A DNA stretch of 63,741 nucleotides, the filler included, from Octopus bimaculoides (taxonomy: Eukaryota): NCBI RefSeq assembly GCF_001194135.2. It is 4 parts of 4 records of this genome, joined end to end, with 100 filler letters (N's around TTAATTAATTAA, not from the genome) between each part and the next. Parts side by side here need not be neighbours in the genome. Positions count along the whole stretch, not along the records: positions 57,701 to 61,606 come from NC_068999.1; positions 61,707 to 63,741 come from NW_026302397.1; 2 more parts are not named here. One strand, written 5' to 3'. A model generated the notes under the pieces. That model was not told where the DNA came from. It did not search any database and worked only from the letters and a program-made list of their open reading frames with translations. The position numbers and the translations under genes are program-made. Shown one piece after another: positions 61,200 to 63,741 of this stretch; the first letter of the stretch is position 1, and every line of letters starts with the position of its first letter.

Positions 61200-61606
61200 G
61201 ACTTGTTGGAACAGGTGCTATGACATTGTGTTCCCACCATGTGGTCGTTCGTCAAACAAAGCACAGATAGCAACAGCAACAACAACAGCAGCAGTAGCAG
61301 CAGTAACAACAACAACAACAACAACAACAACAGAAACAGCAACAGCAGCAACAGCAGCAGGAATAGAATACATGGAAGCTTAGTTAGAAACTTAGAAGAG
61401 GCCCTTTGGAAAGGCATCACAACCGTCATGCTGGCCCTAGACCAATTCTCCAGCGCTAAGTACGAAGGATGCATTGTCAGAAATAAGGCGCGTGCCCTAA
61501 GAAACATGAGAACGAAGGCCGCTCGATGGACCCAAGTGGCAGAGGCGCAACTTGGAAACAAATCCACAATTCGGTTTTTGATAGATCAAAATGGGCGCGC
61601 GGCACT
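61200..61606 (+). mobile_element. Tx1/L1-clade LINE ORF2 fragment (EN-RT linker), interrupted by (CAG/CAA)n and cut by a gap
   Basis: ALDQFSSAKYEGCIVRNKARAL...AEAQLGNKSTIRFLIDQNGR resembles the KAxGAxVRSRAxW...EKxxxxKxxIxxLxxxxG motif of L1/Tx1 ORF2. Confidence 0.6.
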
Positions 61607-62014
61607 NNNNNNNNNNNNNNNNNNNNNNNNNNNNNNNNNNNNNNNNNNNNTTAATTAATTAANNNNNNNNNNNNNNNNNNNNNNNNNNNNNNNNNNNNNN
61701 NNNNNNGAGGGTTATGCATGAAAGGCGAAAATGTTTCCGTGATAGATATCATGAACAATATGAACATTTGTAAGAGGCTTGTTGCCTCATATATGAGAAA
61801 TTGAATTGACTGTTATAATTGAATTCTGTTTGTTTAAAATTTATGATTTAAAAAAAAAAGAACAAAGTTTTAGAGAAGCAAAGTTCGGTGGACGGCTTTG
61901 TCTTCTCCCATCTATACCATCATGTACACTATTCATCTCATTTCATTAATGTTTCTGTCTAGCCCTAGCTTCTGCTAATCTATGTTATGCCTAAATGGCA
62001 AATTTAATGAAATA

Positions 62015-62155
62015 AAGAAGTTTGCTTGCCAAGTTCATGGTTCTGGGTTCAGTCCCACTACGTGGTACCTTGTGCAAGTGTCTTCTACTATAGCCTCGGG
62101 TCGACAAAAGCCTTATGAGTGGATTTGGTAGGCGTAAACTGAAAGTCCGTCGTGT
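62015..62155 (+). mobile_element. SINE family A head fragment
   Basis: AAGAAGTTTGCTTGCC...GGTTCAGTCCCACTACGTGG...GTCTTCTACTATAGCCTCGGG. Confidence 0.9.
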
Positions 62156-62214
62156 GTGTATGTATGTATGTATGTATGATGTATGTATGCATGCATGCAT
62201 GAGTGTGTATGTGC

Positions 62215-62271
<57 letters not shown>

Positions 62272-63741
62272 NNNNNNNNNNNNNNNNNNNNNNNNNNNNN
62301 NNNNNNNNNNNNNNNNNNNNNNNNNNNNNNNNNNNNNNNNNNNNNNNNNNNNNNNNNNNNNNNNNNNNNNNNNNNNNNNNNNNNNNNNNNNNNNNNNNNN
62401 NNNNNNNNNNNNNNNNNNNNNNNNNNNNNNNNNNNNNNNNNNNNNNNNNNNNNNNNNNNNNNNNNNNNNNNNNNNNNNNNNNNNNNNNNNNNNNNNNNNN
62501 NNNNNNNNNNNNNNNNNNNNNNNNNNNNNNNNNNNNNNNNNNNNNNNNNNNNNNNNNNNNNNNNNNNNNNNNNNNNNNNNNNNNNNNNNNNNNNNNNNNN
62601 NNNNNNNNNNNNNNNNNNNNNNNNNNNNNNNNNNNNNNNNNNNNNNNNNNNNNNNNNNNNNNNNNNNNNNNNNNNNNNNNNNNNNNNNNNNNNNNNNNNN
62701 NNNNNNNNNNNNNNNNNNNNNNNNNNNNNNNNNNNNNNNNNNNNNNNNNNNNNNNNNNNNNNNNNNNNNNNNNNNNNNNNNNNNNNNNNNNNNNNNNNNN
62801 NNNNNNNNNNNNNNNNNNNNNNNNNNNNNNNNNNNNNNNNNNNNNNNNNNNNNNNNNNNNNNNNNNNNNNNNNNNNNNNNNNNNNNNNNNNNNNNNNNNN
62901 NNNNNNNNNNNNNNNNNNNNNNNNNNNNNNNNNNNNNNNNNNNNNNNNNNNNNNNNNNNNNNNNNNNNNNNNNNNNNNGAAATAACACGTGACATTTCGT
63001 TCTCCCCTCTACGGTTTCTGCAATCGCTTTCGCTCTTTACATTACGATATTAATGAATCATGACAAGCCAATTTGGATTTAAAAGGTACAGAAATAAAAT
63101 AAAACAAAATTAATAAAGCAATAAACAAATTTTAAAAAATTTGACATTTAAATTCCCGTTAATAGCAATGAAAAAAATATAAATTAGATATTATATTTTG
63201 TTAATTGTCCTAAATTTTCAGCCCCCAGAAGTTCTTCAATATTTTAAAGTATTATAGCATTTTAAAATGGCGCCCGATTCGTAGAAATGAGGTGTGTGTG
63301 TGTTTATTAGTTTATTAGTTTATTAGTTATTCAATCAGGGAAAGGAGTGAATGCAGAACAATATTCATGATGCAGAAGTTGCGTGTTATGGCACAATATT
63401 ACGTTAGTGGAAATATTCTCGAAGGGCTCGATCGCATTGACAGTGGACTTGGGCGCTTTTCATACCACCTCTTGTAATCTGTTTTGACTCTCTTGAGTTC
63501 AACCACCCTTTGACAGAGTTTGTATCCATTCCATATGGTGTGGTGTCCAAAAATCTCCACCTCGTCAAGCAAAGTTTGTGGATTCGCCAGTTAAGTTGCC
63601 GACCACCTGACATTTAAACTGGTTTATAATCGTAGCCACACTCGCATACACACATGCATACATACGTACATACATACATACATACACACACACACATGCA
63701 CACATACATACATACATACATACGCACACATACATACATAC

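Overview
This is a eukaryotic, AT-rich, microsatellite-saturated, gap-ridden draft-assembly window. It most resembles an octopus (coleoid cephalopod) scaffold; that is an inference from the repeat landscape, not a database result. No protein-coding gene can be identified with confidence. Nearly all ORF-track entries are translations of (TA)n/(CA)n/(CAT)n/(TAG)n repeats or N-gaps. The window does support many tRNA-derived SINE copies (about three families). It also holds decayed retroelement fragments: RTE RT and 3' ends, Penelope-like RT/GIY-YIG, R4/Dong-type restriction-like endonuclease tails and a Tx1/L1 fragment. DNA-transposon material includes mariner remnants, a Tc1/mariner MITE, a hAT element with an 8-bp TSD and several foldback elements. 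Most notable: (i) four minimal type I hammerhead-ribozyme motifs (one with an intact core, one near-intact, two decayed) in non-coding dispersed repeats; (ii) an inverted-repeat element carrying a tRNA-like Pol III cassette with an oligo-T terminator; (iii) a minus-strand candidate exon in which a 45-bp tandem duplication has copied a splice donor, with a third in-phase donor lying beyond an in-frame UAG; (iv) a three-level nested insertion, hAT > SINE > RTE; (v) an apparent CpG-poor to CpG-rich transition near 30.7 kb. All exon calls are low-confidence. Most repeat boundaries are approximate and were read by eye.
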